DNA of 63,752 nucleotides, counting the filler, from Octopus bimaculoides (lineage: Eukaryota), in the NCBI RefSeq assembly GCF_001194135.2. It is 5 parts of 5 records of this genome, joined end to end, with 100 filler letters (N's around TTAATTAATTAA, not from the genome) between each part and the next. Parts side by side here need not be neighbours in the genome. Positions count along the whole stretch, not along the records: positions 12,221 to 27,751 come from NC_068986.1; positions 27,852 to 54,820 come from NC_068992.1; 3 more parts are not named here. One strand, written 5' to 3'. A program made the position numbers and the translations under genes. The notes under the pieces were generated by a model, which was not told the origin of the DNA, did no database searches, and saw only the letters and a list, made by a program, of their open reading frames with translations. How positions within the stretch are numbered: the stretch's first letter is position 1; each line of letters begins with the position of its first letter. Of the stretch, positions 25,906-39,063 are shown piece after piece.

Positions 25906-26906
25906 ACTGTGATAATTGTTTTAATGACCATGAGGTAGATTGCCTATGGCCAGATGTTCTTCCTATCACCAACCCTCACTTATTTCCAGGTAACATTTCC
26001 CCATGACCAAACAGGTTTGCACAGAAAACTGAAAACGAAGGAAACTACCTGCATGACAATGACACTCATTTCCAACTATCATGCAAGGCAAGGAGACAAT
26101 AGCAATGCCAAAGCAAGGGGACAGTAACACCCACACACACATCCATCTAGAAAGCAAATTTTTATTCAGTTTATAGACAGACTGTTCATCTTCAATGCTT
26201 TGAAGAAATGATTGATCCAGCGTTTGGAACAATTTACTTATTCCAATGGATGGGAAGCATAACTGAGTTATTAATCCCATGGCTTCAAGTTCAATCTCAT
26301 TGAAGAGCACCTTGGGCCTTGCTATAACCTCAAGTTAACCCAAGCCTTATGGGTGAACTAGAATTAACAGCCTGTGGAATTCACTGTACCCAAATCAGTT
26401 GCTGGGTTTAACACTACCAACAGGCCACTGGGTACAACTGGATACCACTAGATGTGAAGCTCACACTGATGCAAGCATTCTGATCAAGTCTCCCATCTGA
26501 AAACGATAGAGATACAAAACCATGATTCATCATTTTGTCTTCCCCTTCCCCCTATCCTTTCTCCTCTGACTAAACTAAAAAGAAAAAAAAAAGAAAACAA
26601 TTTTGTCTTTTTTTCTTTCAATAGCAGAAAATATTTTCATCCCAAAGTAGGTTGCAGTGGTGGTGGTGGTGGTGGTGGCAGGAGATGGCATCCAACATCA
26701 CTCATCAATGATATTAATGGAGTGAATAGGGGGGCTTGGAATGCCTTAGCACTCAACCTAGAATATCAGTAGGGTTTTATTGATTGATAAGTTACCTCCT
26801 TCTCTTTTTTAGGTCATCAAAGCAATCTTTAATTTAGTATATCTAGCAATCTCTTTCTGCACCTCCTCTCTCCCTCTGAACACTAAATTGATATTTGTGC
26901 ATACAT

Positions 26907-26945
<39 letters not shown>

Positions 26946-27534
26946 GTGGTCCTCTAAACACAATGCATCTAAAAAATAAATAAAATCCTGTGTAAATTTT
27001 GAGTTAATTCAGGCAGGTATTTTCATCCAGATAATTATATAAGTAAGTGAAATTAATCTAAGCTTGATAAGACACCACTATTAGTTCACTAAGTTCAGAA
27101 GCAGAAACAGATGAGAACAGAAATTAAATCTATAATTTCCTAGTTCAATAAAACCCTTCAGAAGTATTAGAAATTCAGGCTTGCCTATTCGTTCAGTTAT
27201 TGGTTCAAGTTATTACCCCCCCCTTTATCAAAGCAATTATGTTAATACTCAACCAGAAACACCAGCTGAGCAAGAGCTGCGACTGATGTTATAAACAGCA
27301 AATCGAGTTAATCTGGCAGGCAGAAAGATAACAGCAGAAGATTAACGAGAAGAAAGCATTGTTATTTTAATCCACATCGATGTAACAAACAAGGTTCAAA
27401 CCTAAGTTTTGTTTGCTTTTTAATAGCTTTATTTAAAGGGTCATGTCCTTTACACAACCACCCTTTAATTTTTTTTTAATGACATCCTATTAGATGTGTG
27501 TGCATGTGTATGTGGAGATTATATATATATCATC

Positions 27535-27751
27535 ATCATCATCATCATCGTTTAACGTCCGCCTTCCATGCTGGCATGGGTTGGACGATTTGACTGAGGA
27601 CTGGTGCAAACCGGATGGCTACACCAGGCTCCAATCTAATTTGGCAGAGTTTCTACAGCTGGATGCCCTTCCTAACGCCAATCACTCAGAGAGTGTAGTG
27701 GGTGCTTTTACGTGTCACCCGCACGAAAACGGCCACGCTTGAAATGGTGTC
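27535..27751 (-). mobile_element. (GAT)n-tail SINE copy, cut by a gap
   Basis: Near-identical to 25190-25400. Confidence 0.85.
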
Positions 27752-27851
27752 NNNNNNNNNNNNNNNNNNNNNNNNNNNNNNNNNNNNNNNNNNNNTTAAT
27801 TAATTAANNNNNNNNNNNNNNNNNNNNNNNNNNNNNNNNNNNNNNNNNNNN
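27752..27851. other. Assembly join: N44-TTAATTAATTAA-N44
   Basis: Linker at 27796-27807. Confidence 0.95.
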
Positions 27852-29312
27852 TTTTTTTCAGAACACTCCAAAAATATAATAGTGCAAACAGATGTTTTGG
27901 ATAAAAAAACAATTCAAACTTACCGCCAGGTTATTCCGACATTTCATCTGGCTAACTCAGGAATTATGGGATTGCTATTGTTCGGGTCAGAAAGTGGAAC
28001 GAGGTTAGCAACAATTCTACACTAACAAAGTGACAGAGAGGGGGTGTCACGTGGTCTTCTCAAAGCAGACGTACGAGTCAGTGAGAGAGGGGGAAGGGGA
28101 GGCAGAATATTTTGAAAACACCTTGACGGGGTTTCTTTGAAACAAAAGTAACTATTTTATCTAATTTTTGATGATATGGATAAAAAAATCAAAGAACATG
28201 CAGCGCATACCTTGCATGCCTGAGAGTACACGCCCCTGCCTTACTTAGAATCCTTATTAATCATAGCTTGTGAATAAGTAGTGTTACTTGTGCATCAAAC
28301 AAAAAGCTTTGTGGTATTTGTTCCAACTCTTTGCACTGTGAGTTCAAATCTCATGAACGTCAACTTTCCATTTCATATTTTTGAGACCAATTAAAAATAC
28401 CACTCCAAGGTTGTGGATTAGCAGAAATGTAAGTATGACTATATTTTTTCCCTAGCAGTATTTGATCCAGCTCTTTGCATTCTCAGTTCAAATCCCACCA
28501 CAGTCTGTGTGATTGGTATATTCAACCAGTCACCTGGTTTTACACCACCATCAAACACCTTGCGTACATTTAACAGAGTCCATTCAGTTGCAAGCATTAA
28601 AATCAAGATCCATTTTTGAGGATAACTACTTCCTGCCATTCCCCCCAGCCTCGGAGTCCCTGTAACAAGTCAAGGAGTACTGCCTTCTCCACTGACTGTA
28701 AAGGCATATTATTAATCCTGGTGCCTTCCCTGCCAGGGATATAGGAAAATCATGGGACTGCAGTGTGCTGGATTGTGAAGAGGTAGCGGAAGCACTCAAC
28801 TGAGCCAATGGTGCTTCTTACATTAATGCTGAGCAGAGGAATCATACAAGGTCAACAGTTAGAATCACCAAGATCTATCTAGAGAATAACTGTAATGCAA
28901 CGATAGGGGTGGCACCCATGGTTGTGTAGTCAACTAATGAGAGATTCGCTATGATTCAAGCTCCCGATCCAAATTCATAATAATGGAATTGGATGGTGAC
29001 AGTGAATCATGGGAATCCACAAAATCAGTGAAAAATCAAAATGAACTCTGAAGAATTTTATAAGAAGTTTAGTTTTTATAAGAGCTAGTTTTGATTCAAC
29101 AAATATATGAAAACATGCAAAATACATATGAATACATCTTCTGAAAAAAATCCATTGTATTGATTGAAGGCCAAAATTTAAAATTTAGTGTGCAAAAAAA
29201 GAAAAATTGTTGAGTAGTCTTAGACAGTGAGAATAATTTAACATTTCTATTTGAAATGTAAGTTCTGGAGATTGTCTTTTATACTCAGTTGTTTTACTGT
29301 TATTCTTTTACC

Positions 29313-29494
29313 TGTTTCAGTCATTTGACTGTGGCCATGCTGGAGCACCACCTTTGAGCTGAAGAAATTGACCCCAGAATTTATTCTTTGTAAGCCTGGT
29401 ACTTATTCCATTGATATCTTTTGCTGAACTGCTATGTTATGGAGATGTAAACACACTAACATCGGTTGTCAAGCGATGGTGGGGGACAAACACA

Positions 29495-29568
<74 letters not shown>

Positions 29569-29726
29569 ACGGGTTTCTTTCAGTTTCCGTCTACCAAATC
29601 CACTTACAAGGCTTTAGTAAGCTCAAGGCTATAGAAGAAGGCACTTGCCCAAGGTGCCATGTAGTGGAACTGAACCCAGAACCATGTGGTTGGGTAGCAA
29701 GCTTCTTACCACACAGCCACACCTAC
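29313..29726 (-). mobile_element. tRNA-derived SINE with internal (AC)n
   Basis: Same family as 12575-12898. Confidence 0.8.
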
Positions 29727-32319
29727 ACCTAAAGAAAGTAGACCAGCCACTGGATGCTGAAACCATGTTGCATAAATTTTATAATAGCTGGCAATAATCA
29801 TTATTAGTAAATAGTCTTACCCATGAAAATATGGAAAATGGATATTAAATGGTGATGAGGAATTAGATCTATTTCTAAGTAAAAGTAGATTATTATTAGG
29901 AAATATGGAACTGATATTTGAAATATGGAACTGATATTTGAAGTATGTGTAATGATTGTTATCTTGGAAGATAATTATAACCGAAAAATAAGTAGACTGG
30001 TAGTATTTGAATTTGAAATTTTTCTTGTTCATACTTTAAAACAAATCTTTACAAGAGTGTTGTTGTCTAATTAGAAAATGTTGCAGATTTGATAACAATT
30101 TGGTTTTGAAAAATCACAGTATCTAAGAGTTTAATATTAATTTGGAACATTCAAACACATCAATGAAGGTGTCTTTAATTGCTTATATCACCATTGTGTT
30201 ACCATATTTCTGTTGAAGTACATTACCATTGCTTCAGTTAGTTTTGAAAATAACGAAAAATTCATTGAAAGTAACTTTGTCAGTATTATACTTGTGTTTG
30301 GAACATAAATTAACATTAAATTTTGATGGAAGATTTTAATTTAGATCACTTTAAAACAGAACGTTTGTATCATAGAAGTAGAGATGATCACAGGTAGTTC
30401 TGTATCTAAAGAGTTAGATTTCTAGAAATTGGAGCTAAAACTTTCTCAAATCTCATTTTGCAGTTTAAAAAAAAAAGACAAGTATTCATTACATAATGAA
30501 GTTCAAGTGACATCATGTCAAAAAATTGAAGCTAATAAATTCATAACTAGAACACCATTTATTATAGGTGTAAAGAAAGAGAATTGCCCTGGAGTTGATC
30601 ATCAATAAGAATAACATGCACAAGAGACCTGTACAGAATGAAATATTTTATAAAATATATTTTAATCTTTGTTTAGAACATGTTGTTGTAATGCCGGCTG
30701 CTCTTCTTTATTGTGTAGCATAAATTTATACCATTTATGGCTTAAGATTAACTGGGATTAAATCATTAACATAATAGAATATGGAATATTCAATCCAATA
30801 TGTCACAGATATTCTGTTTGAGCAGGGAAATATTGAATTTCTTACTTAATTCTACCAAGTTCCAAAATATGTATCATACTTTAGTATTGCTATCAGAAAG
30901 TTTATTGAGACTCAACTCATCAAATTTCTTTCTGACTTTCAGTATTACCCAATGATATTAGTAAAGTAATATGGAAGAGAGAAAAAAAAACTGGAAATAA
31001 ATAGAACGAAATATAAAACTATCCAAGCATGGAAAATGAATCAGCATTATATTAAGCAACCAACTGTCCTTTTTCTTTTCCTAATCTCACTGAATATGGA
31101 AGTTCATCGACCAAGTTTTTCAACTGAAAGGTATTGGAACATCTTTTCTTTTTACTCTCATTTCTTTGTTGTTTTTAGTATTGATTACATTGTCATCTGT
31201 CACTGTCAGCTTGATAGTCTTACCAACTTCTTTGAAAAGCATAATCTTCACCAAATACCATTCTCATAAACTTTTGCTAAATCTGATCTTTTAATTAGAA
31301 ATATTTTTGACACACACTACTTATATTTTTCTTTATTCATGCTACAAAATATTTATATTATTTGCTTTTTGACTTTTNNNNNNNNNNTATATATGCATAA
31401 TCTTTCTGCTAAGTTATCAATTCAAAAATATCGATTTATTTTCAAAGAGATATGTGATAAAAATCTAAAATTTTTCTATATATTTCATAAACATATAAGT
31501 ATTAGTAATGTTAAGATGAGAAAATTAAAGGAAAAAAGCAAAACAACAACAACAACAACAACAGCAGCATAAAGTAAAACAAAACAAAAACAACAAAAGG
31601 AAAAGTTTAGAGCAGTGTGAACACATAACTTAACTGTAGTTAACCTTTTACTTGAGTGGTTTAGTGACACTTAACTCGAAAATAAAATGACAACAGAAAC
31701 TCACTCTTCCAATGATAATGGAGTGACTGATTACTGATCCAGTGCTTCCTTCAATCCTACTGATTCAATATGTACTGATAGGAAGCATTCTTCCACCTAT
31801 TGAATAGATTTCTGAAAATGTAGCTTTATGATACCTGAAAATATATGCATGTGTGCATTTATATGTGTGTGCATGTTTACATGTTTTGGTAGAATTAGTA
31901 TAAAACTTTGGCGTATGCATGAAATATGATATAAAATATTCTGTCTCCTTCTCTCTCACTCATACTCTATTACTCTCTCTCTTTATCTCTATCTCTTTTT
32001 ATTGCTATCTCTCTCTCTTTCTTCTGATTAGAGTTATTGGAAAGTATCTGCTAGGTCAAGTTGCAATGACTTGGAGGTCACCTGATTTCCATATTTGAAT
32101 ATCAATATCTCTGATTATATTTGTAAATATTATACAAGAAGTTATATAACCATAATCATTCAACATCAGTATTTTACGCCTGCTTCTCCATGCTGGCATG
32201 TGTTGGACAGTTCTTCGGTATCAGCTACAATTATATCATTTGTTATGACATGCTGGGATGCAATATGTCTGCTTTAAAACTTGGTTACAGATAATGACAT
32301 TAAAAAATGAAACAAAGCT

Positions 32320-32760
32320 GCAAGTCGGCAGAATCGTTAGCAAGCTAGGCAAAATACTTAGCAGCATTTCATCCGTCTGCACATTCTGAGTTCAAATTCT
32401 GTTGAGGTCAATGTTGCCTTTCATCCTTTCGAGGTCAATAAAATAAGTACCAGTTGAATGCTGCTACTTACTGGGTCGACATATTCAACCTATACCTTCC
32501 TAGAAACTGCTGTCCTTGTGCCATAATTTGAAACCATTGTAAAAACAGAGAAGACAGAAAACTTACTACATCAGGCAAAATGCTTAGCAGTATTTCATCC
32601 GTTTACACATTCTGAGTTCAAATTCCACCAAGGTCAACTTGGCTTTCATCTTTTTGCAGTTGATAAAATAAGTACCAGTTGAGCATTGGAGTTGATATAA
32701 TCAACTTACCCACACTCTCAAAGCTGCTGGCCTTGTGCTAAAATTTGAAACCCATATTAC
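32320..32760 (+). mobile_element. Two direct tandem copies of the ggcagaatcgttagc SINE
   Basis: acattctgagttcaaatt...aaataagtaccagttga...aatttgaaacc occurs twice, about 240 bp apart. Confidence 0.8.
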
Positions 32761-32874
32761 AAGTTACACAATACAATACTATGTTAAGGAGTGAAAAAAC
32801 GTTTCAATAGGTATACAAGGAGTTACAGATGCTGAGGTTCTTCTAACTTTTGGTTGTTTCTTTAATAATCATTC

Positions 32875-33115
32875 ATTCATTCATCATCATTGTTTAACGT
32901 CCGCTTTCCATGCTAGCATGGGCTGGACGATTTGACTGAGGATTGGTGGACCAGGAGGCGACACCAGGCTCCAATCTGATTTCGCAGAGTTTCTACAGCT
33001 GGATGCCCTTCCTAACGCCAACCACTCTGAGAGTGTAGTGGGTGCTTTTACATGCCACCGGCATGAAGACCAGTCAGGTGGTACTGGCGATGTCCATGCT
33101 CGGGTACTGGCACAG
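32875..33115 (-). mobile_element. (GAT)n-tail SINE copy
   Basis: Family core present. Confidence 0.85.
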
Positions 33116-33904
33116 ATAATAATTTTATAAACAACAAATGAAGAAAACATTGCACAAATTTCAAACCAAAGTGCAAAATGGCGAACTGCAACTTCAGTTG
33201 TCCATAATGCAAAATAAACCCTCTGTACCACAGGAAGTGTGTGAAAGTGTTGATACATATCTAACATCACCTGATAGAGTCAATAAAGTGTTCACTTGGA
33301 CGAATCAATGTCAGCTTAAATAATAAGCAAAGTGGGAGTGAAAAACATCACTTGACAGCATCATGAAAGGCAAAGTTGATTTTGGCAGAATTTGAAATCA
33401 GAATAAAGACAGATGAAATTCCACTAAACTTTTGCCTGGTGTGCTAAGGATTCTGCCAGCTCACCACCTTAGCGACTAAATAGGAAATATTTTCATTATA
33501 TTTGTAGTATAACAGTAGCTTAAGCAAAGATTGTTTAATAGCTTCCAATATTTATGTTTTTTATGTCTGTAAGGTTTTTGTGATTTTAGGTTTAACAAGA
33601 GGTAAATCATATAAATATTTCTGCGAATTTTTCTGCAAATTTTTTGGTGGTTGACAGCATAGAGATAAATAAATAAATAATTTTGTCCTTGAATCCATTA
33701 GCAAGTAAAACTTTATTACAGTAAGAGGCTGCCTTACTAAAGATAACTTAATTTTGAAGATAAAATTCTTTATTTGAAAATAAATATAGTTAATGGAATT
33801 TCTTAAAAAATATGAAGCATTGTATGGTCCTTTGTTAATATGAGTGTGAGACTTTCATTACTCTTTCAAAAAGAATTTAGGCAAGTTAGTAGTTAAATAG
33901 ATAA

Positions 33905-34740
33905 TATTGGATTGGCAACTAAGTTCCCGCCATTTTTGAAAATTTAAATTGTTTTAAAGGTTTAATAAAAAATAACAACTAATTAATCAATAATGTATTC
34001 ACCCTTGTTGTTTACAACTTCTTCCCAACGTTCAACAATATTTTCAATACCTCGTTGGTAGAAATCACCTGATTTTGACTCGAAAAACTGATCCAACCAA
34101 GCTCTCAATTCTGCATCAGTATTGAATGAAACTCCGCGGATAGCATTTGTAAGAGAGCGAAAAAGGTGGAAATCCATTGGTGCCAATCAGGAGAGTATGG
34201 CAGGTGTGGCAGCACTTCACAGCCATGCTTTTGAATGGCTTCTTTGGTCATATTGGTGATATGAGGGCGGGAGTTGTCATGCAGCAGAAGAACTCCATGC
34301 TGCCGATTAGGTCTTTTCTCTTGAATAGCCATGTCGAGTCGTTCCATTTGTTGAACATAGAGTTCTGCATTGACCATTTGGTTCCATTAAAGCAATTCAT
34401 AATGCTTGATTTACCCCTAACCTGCTGTCCACCACTACTTAACCTGCCTTCCTCTAAATTTGAAATTACTACTATCCCTCCAATTAGATTTTAAATTTCT
34501 TGTTTGATTCACTTGTCTGTGTAACAGCAGCATAGTCGAGATGTGTTTTCTTCTCTTACCCTTGTTTTTTGCAAACATCTTCAAAATGACTTTCTAAAAT
34601 GAAATTCCATTATGCAGCTGAGGAGTACATTTTCATTGTATTTTCTGTAGTGTTCTCACTACATGAATAAATGGAGCTTGTACGAAACGTACGTACTGCC
34701 TATTGAATTTTTGTTGCTTAACTTCAAAATACAATATATA
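33905..34740 (-). mobile_element. Internally deleted mariner transposon
   Basis: ORFs 34105-34377 and 33983-34186 give LLLHDNSRPH, EVLPHLPYSPD, DFHLFRSL and FYQRGIE..VERWEEVVNNKGEYIID. TIR-like tattggattggcaactaagttccc at about 33905; the right end is approximate. Confidence 0.88.
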
Positions 34741-34814
34741 TATGTATATATATATATATATATTATATACAAGGCATATAATACCTACTACATGATACTA
34801 TATAATACATATAT

Positions 34815-35158
34815 AAAGGGTGAAAACCCCCTTTGGTCATGAATGACTATGGGATTGCACTTAGAAAGTTCCCCTCCGAGGCACAAGTCCAGGCAAGGTT
34901 GTTTATGGAAGACCAGCCATCGCCCATGCATACCAGCCTCTTCTCTCCATGCCACTGATGTTATCCAGAGAAAGACAAAGGCCAATAGAACTTGGCGCTA
35001 GTGACGTTGCAACTCATTTCTACAGCTGAGTTAGCTGGAGCTATATAAAATAAAGTGTCTTGCTCAAGAACACAACACACAGCCTGGTCAGAGAATTGAA
35101 CTGACTGTCTCATTATCTTGAGCCCGATGCTCTAACCACTGAGCCATGCACCTTCACA
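34815..35158 (-). mobile_element. tRNA-derived SINE
   Basis: The reverse strand begins gtgaaggtgcatggctcagtggttagagcatcgggctc (tRNA-like head), followed by gtgttcttgagcaagacacttta. Confidence 0.7.
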
Positions 35159-35229
35159 ATATGTGTGTGTGTTTGATAGAGAGAGAGAGAGTGGGTGTAT
35201 GTTTGTGTGTGTGAGAGAGAGAGAGAGAG

Positions 35230-35279
<50 letters not shown>

Positions 35280-35907
35280 CACATATGTATATGTATGTGT
35301 GTCTATGAGTGTAATTTATATAATTTGCTCACTCAAAAATATGAATCTACATATACAATAGTCTGCAAAGATTTCCATTTATTAACATTCTTTTGTATTT
35401 GTTGCCATTGGTTGTAGATTATATAAATAATTAAAATGAACCTAATAGACTTAACCTTTCTGAAAAGTTACTTGTTCAGTTTTGGGTAGATTCCAACATA
35501 ATATACATGATATTATTCAGAGAAAGCTTGTGTTTAATTGTTATGCAACAAACAACATTTCAATAATTCGAATGATTAATACCATAAAAGTCAAAAGAAT
35601 GAATTAATAAAATGATTAAAATTAACAGTAATTATTTGAAATCTTGAGCATTACCATTAAAGTCGAAAAAGGTCAAAAGAACATGGCTCTCAGAGTAAGT
35701 GTTTTTGGTGTAATCTTGTTCTTCATGAAAGATATAGTTTTAAATAAGTTCATAAAATCTTATATACATGTGCCAGTTGTGCAATGGATTAGAATGGTAT
35801 TGCTCTTAGTTTGGAAATGTAGGGACAGAGTCCAAGTCTAAATCTATGCAAAATTACAACATCTGGTGATGATGATCAGATATGAAATCAAATGAAATGT
35901 TACTCTT

Positions 35908-36105
35908 TTACTTGTTTCAGTCATTTGACTGCTGCCATACTGGAGCACTGCCTTTAGTCGAGCAAATCGACCCCAGGACTTATTCTTTATAAGCCTTGTA
36001 CTTATTCTATCGGCCCCTTTTGCTGAACCGCTAAGTTACAGCGACGTAAACACGCCAGCAACGGTTGTCAAGCGATGTTGGGGGAACGAACAGAAGACAC
36101 AAAAA
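35908..36105 (-). mobile_element. SINE 3' part, same family as 12575-12898
   Basis: ttgtttcagtcatttgactg...gcctttagtcgagcaaatcgaccccaggac block. Confidence 0.8.
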
Positions 36106-36879
36106 CATATACATAGATGCTGAAAGATTCTTAGAGATGAATCAATGAAGAAGCATCAAAACAATTACTCAATCTGCTAGAGAAGGAAATCACATTCTAA
36201 TTGCTTTTATTACAGATGGCTGGAATGGAAGGACACCTCTTGTATGGCAACGATATGCATTTACAACTATCATATGATATCAACACACAGGTAAAATATA
36301 TATGTGCATGTGTGTATATATATACATATTGTGTATATACATATATATATATACACACATACATATATATATATATATAGATATACATACATACATACAT
36401 ATGTGCATACATATATATACACATATATGTATACATACATACACACACACACATATATATTAACACACACACATATGGATATAAATATGCATATGTATGT
36501 GCATGTGTTTGTTTTCCACTGACTACTGTTGTTGATTTCTTTAAGTCACTGTAAAATTAGCAGCATGACTAAAAGACACCAACAAAATATGCATTAAACA
36601 GCTTATAATATGAACCAAGGCTGATTTAAATGATTAATCCTTCAAGGCTTTATCAAGCATGGCTGTAGTCCAATGATTCAAAGAAATTTAAGAAAAAAAA
36701 AAAAAAATCTATTTTGCAANNNNNNNNNNAAAAAAAAAAAAAAAAATCTATTTTGCAACTGTTTTCATTTATTAAAATGTTATAACACAGCCACCATATT
36801 AACGAGTTTACATAATGCTGGTTATTAAAAAAACATACAACATAATATTTTGATTATGGAAACTCTGTCTCAATATGAT

Positions 36880-36960
36880 GCAGTCATGACTGCATGGCCA
36901 AATGTTTTTCTGACTGCATGATCAAATATTTTCCTGACTGCATGGTCAAATATTTTCCAA
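36880..36960. repeat. Short minisatellite, about 24 bp x3 (tgactgcatggtcaaatattttcc)
   Basis: Three imperfect copies are visible. Confidence 0.8.
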
Positions 36961-37999
36961 CAAATCATTTGGTTGACCAATGTCTTGTAACTTCAATTTA
37001 GCAGATGGAAACTGTATGCAAGCCTGCCATACTAGTATACAGACAAAAGCACAGACAGACAAACACCCAAATAATGCAAAAACACACAATAAATTGCAAA
37101 GAAACAAGAAATTATGCAAGGAATTATGTTTGCTTACAGCTGTTTCTGTATTAAGATGCAGTTCACTCAGATCTGAGTGTTTGTGGAGTTTCTACATGAA
37201 CTTCTAGCACCAAATTATTTGTGCGTGGATATGTGTGTGTAAGTGTGTGTTCTTTTATACTTTTAGCTGTTTCAGTTGGTGCACCACCTTAAAGAGCTTA
37301 GTTGAAGAAATCAGAACTAATTGTCAGGTTTTAGAGGACAAGCACACACACAATGGGTGTCCACAGAGTTACTTGCTACCAAATTCATTCACAAGACATT
37401 GGTCTGTGCAGCTGAAATTGAAATCATATGGTCATGAAGCAAACTTCTTAAGTACTCAGCCACGCTTGCATCTATATAATACCGAAGTATATTTCCTATA
37501 AAGCATTGTGAAATAGAGATATTACTTTGTTTTTAGAAAACCATTACAATGTATGATAGAAATAAAGGAAAAAAACTTGTTATCAAATTCAAAGCATCAA
37601 AGCAAAATTTATGGTTTGCACTTGTCTCTTATATTTTAATATTTCATCTTTAAAACACCTTTATCAAGTGAGAAAATGAAGAATGTGTTTATCTCTGATC
37701 TGCACACATATAGGTATGCAATGAAAGAGTCTAGCAACACACACACGTATGCATGCACACACCCACACATATATACACACACACATACATGCACACACGC
37801 ATACACAGAGTTTGGTAGTGTTACACCAGCTAATTAACATAATGCAGCTCTTGTCTGATATTGATAGACATTTCAAATCTATTTGTTAAAAGAGTTTTCT
37901 GATATAGCTTTCTTAACAGGCTGTCATGTAAAGGACGATAGTTTTTTTTACCATTATCCTTCTTGAGGGCCTCACCAGCCTAAATACTGCATCATCAAT

Positions 38000-38470
38000 A
38001 ATCTTTTCTACTGGAGACACAAAGCCTTAAATTTGGTGGGAGTTAACTAGTCAATTATATCGACCCCAGTGTTTCACTGGTAATTAATTTATCGATCCCA
38101 AAATGACAAAAGGCAATTTGAACTCGGAATGTTCAAATTGCAGAATTTGAACTCAGAATGTAGCGATGGCTGAAATACTGCTAAGCATTTCATACAGTGT
38201 GCTAATGATTCAGCTAATTGCTACTTTGTGCATCCTCAATAATGAACAACTTTAAGGAGGTGAGCTGGCAGAATCATTAAGCACACCGGATGAAATGCTT
38301 AGCATTTAATCTGTCTTCATGTTCTGAGTTCAAATTCTGCTGAGGTTGACTTTGACTTTCATCCTTTTGGCAGTTGATAAAATAAGTACCAGTTGAGTAC
38401 TGGGGGTCAGTGTAATCAACAGAGCTCCTCTCTCAAAACTGTTGCCCTTGTACCAAAATTTGAAATTAAT
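38000..38470. mobile_element. Back-to-back inverted pair of ggcagaatcgttagc SINEs
   Basis: Minus copy about 38000-38222, plus copy about 38255-38470. Confidence 0.75.
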
Positions 38471-39029
38471 AATAAACTACTTCATTCCATTAACTAAAAA
38501 TGTTGTATTCGTTTCTTTGTAAATAGTGAATCTTATGTCAACATGGTTGATAAATCAATAAAATTAGTAGGTCAGTCTACCTTTCTGTAGAACATTAATT
38601 ATGGTCACTTAAAAACTATTGAATGGAATATTAGAAATTTGAGGATTAAAGAGTCTATCATCATTGCTTTATATTTCTTCTCCTTTTCATCATTGCTTGC
38701 TTGGCTTGAATGGAATTTGTTGAGGTAGATCATTTTTGTCTGGGTGCCTTTTTTGTTGCCAACCCTCAATTGTTTCCAAATAACGTAATATTTCCTCATT
38801 GTCAGACATGTTTTTGCAGAATATTGCAAATGAAGGACACTGCGTGTGTGATTGTAACACTCATGTTTTTCTTAATTTTTTTTTGTCTTATTCCTGTACC
38901 CTGATACATTGTCTTCCATGTATCAAAAGATTGAAGTGAGCTGATGTTTTACTGACAGAAATGACAACAGCACTGCTCATAGTTCATGACTTTTATGAGA
39001 ACAAATGTAAGCAAACATACCTACACATC

Positions 39030-39063
<34 letters not shown>

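Noticed and set aside
29817-30032. Minus ORF ending FHG at a gtaag donor in the right phase for the missing GGNBP2 exon
   Set aside because: The upstream residues show no resemblance to the GGNBP2 CVGC/ALEPL/LFYVHG region and include a 20-bp tandem duplication.
33120-33290. ORFs on both strands (MKKTLHKFQ... plus; MLDMYQHFHTLPVV... minus)
   Set aside because: No donor, no motif, and the minus frame runs into a SINE; not enough support.
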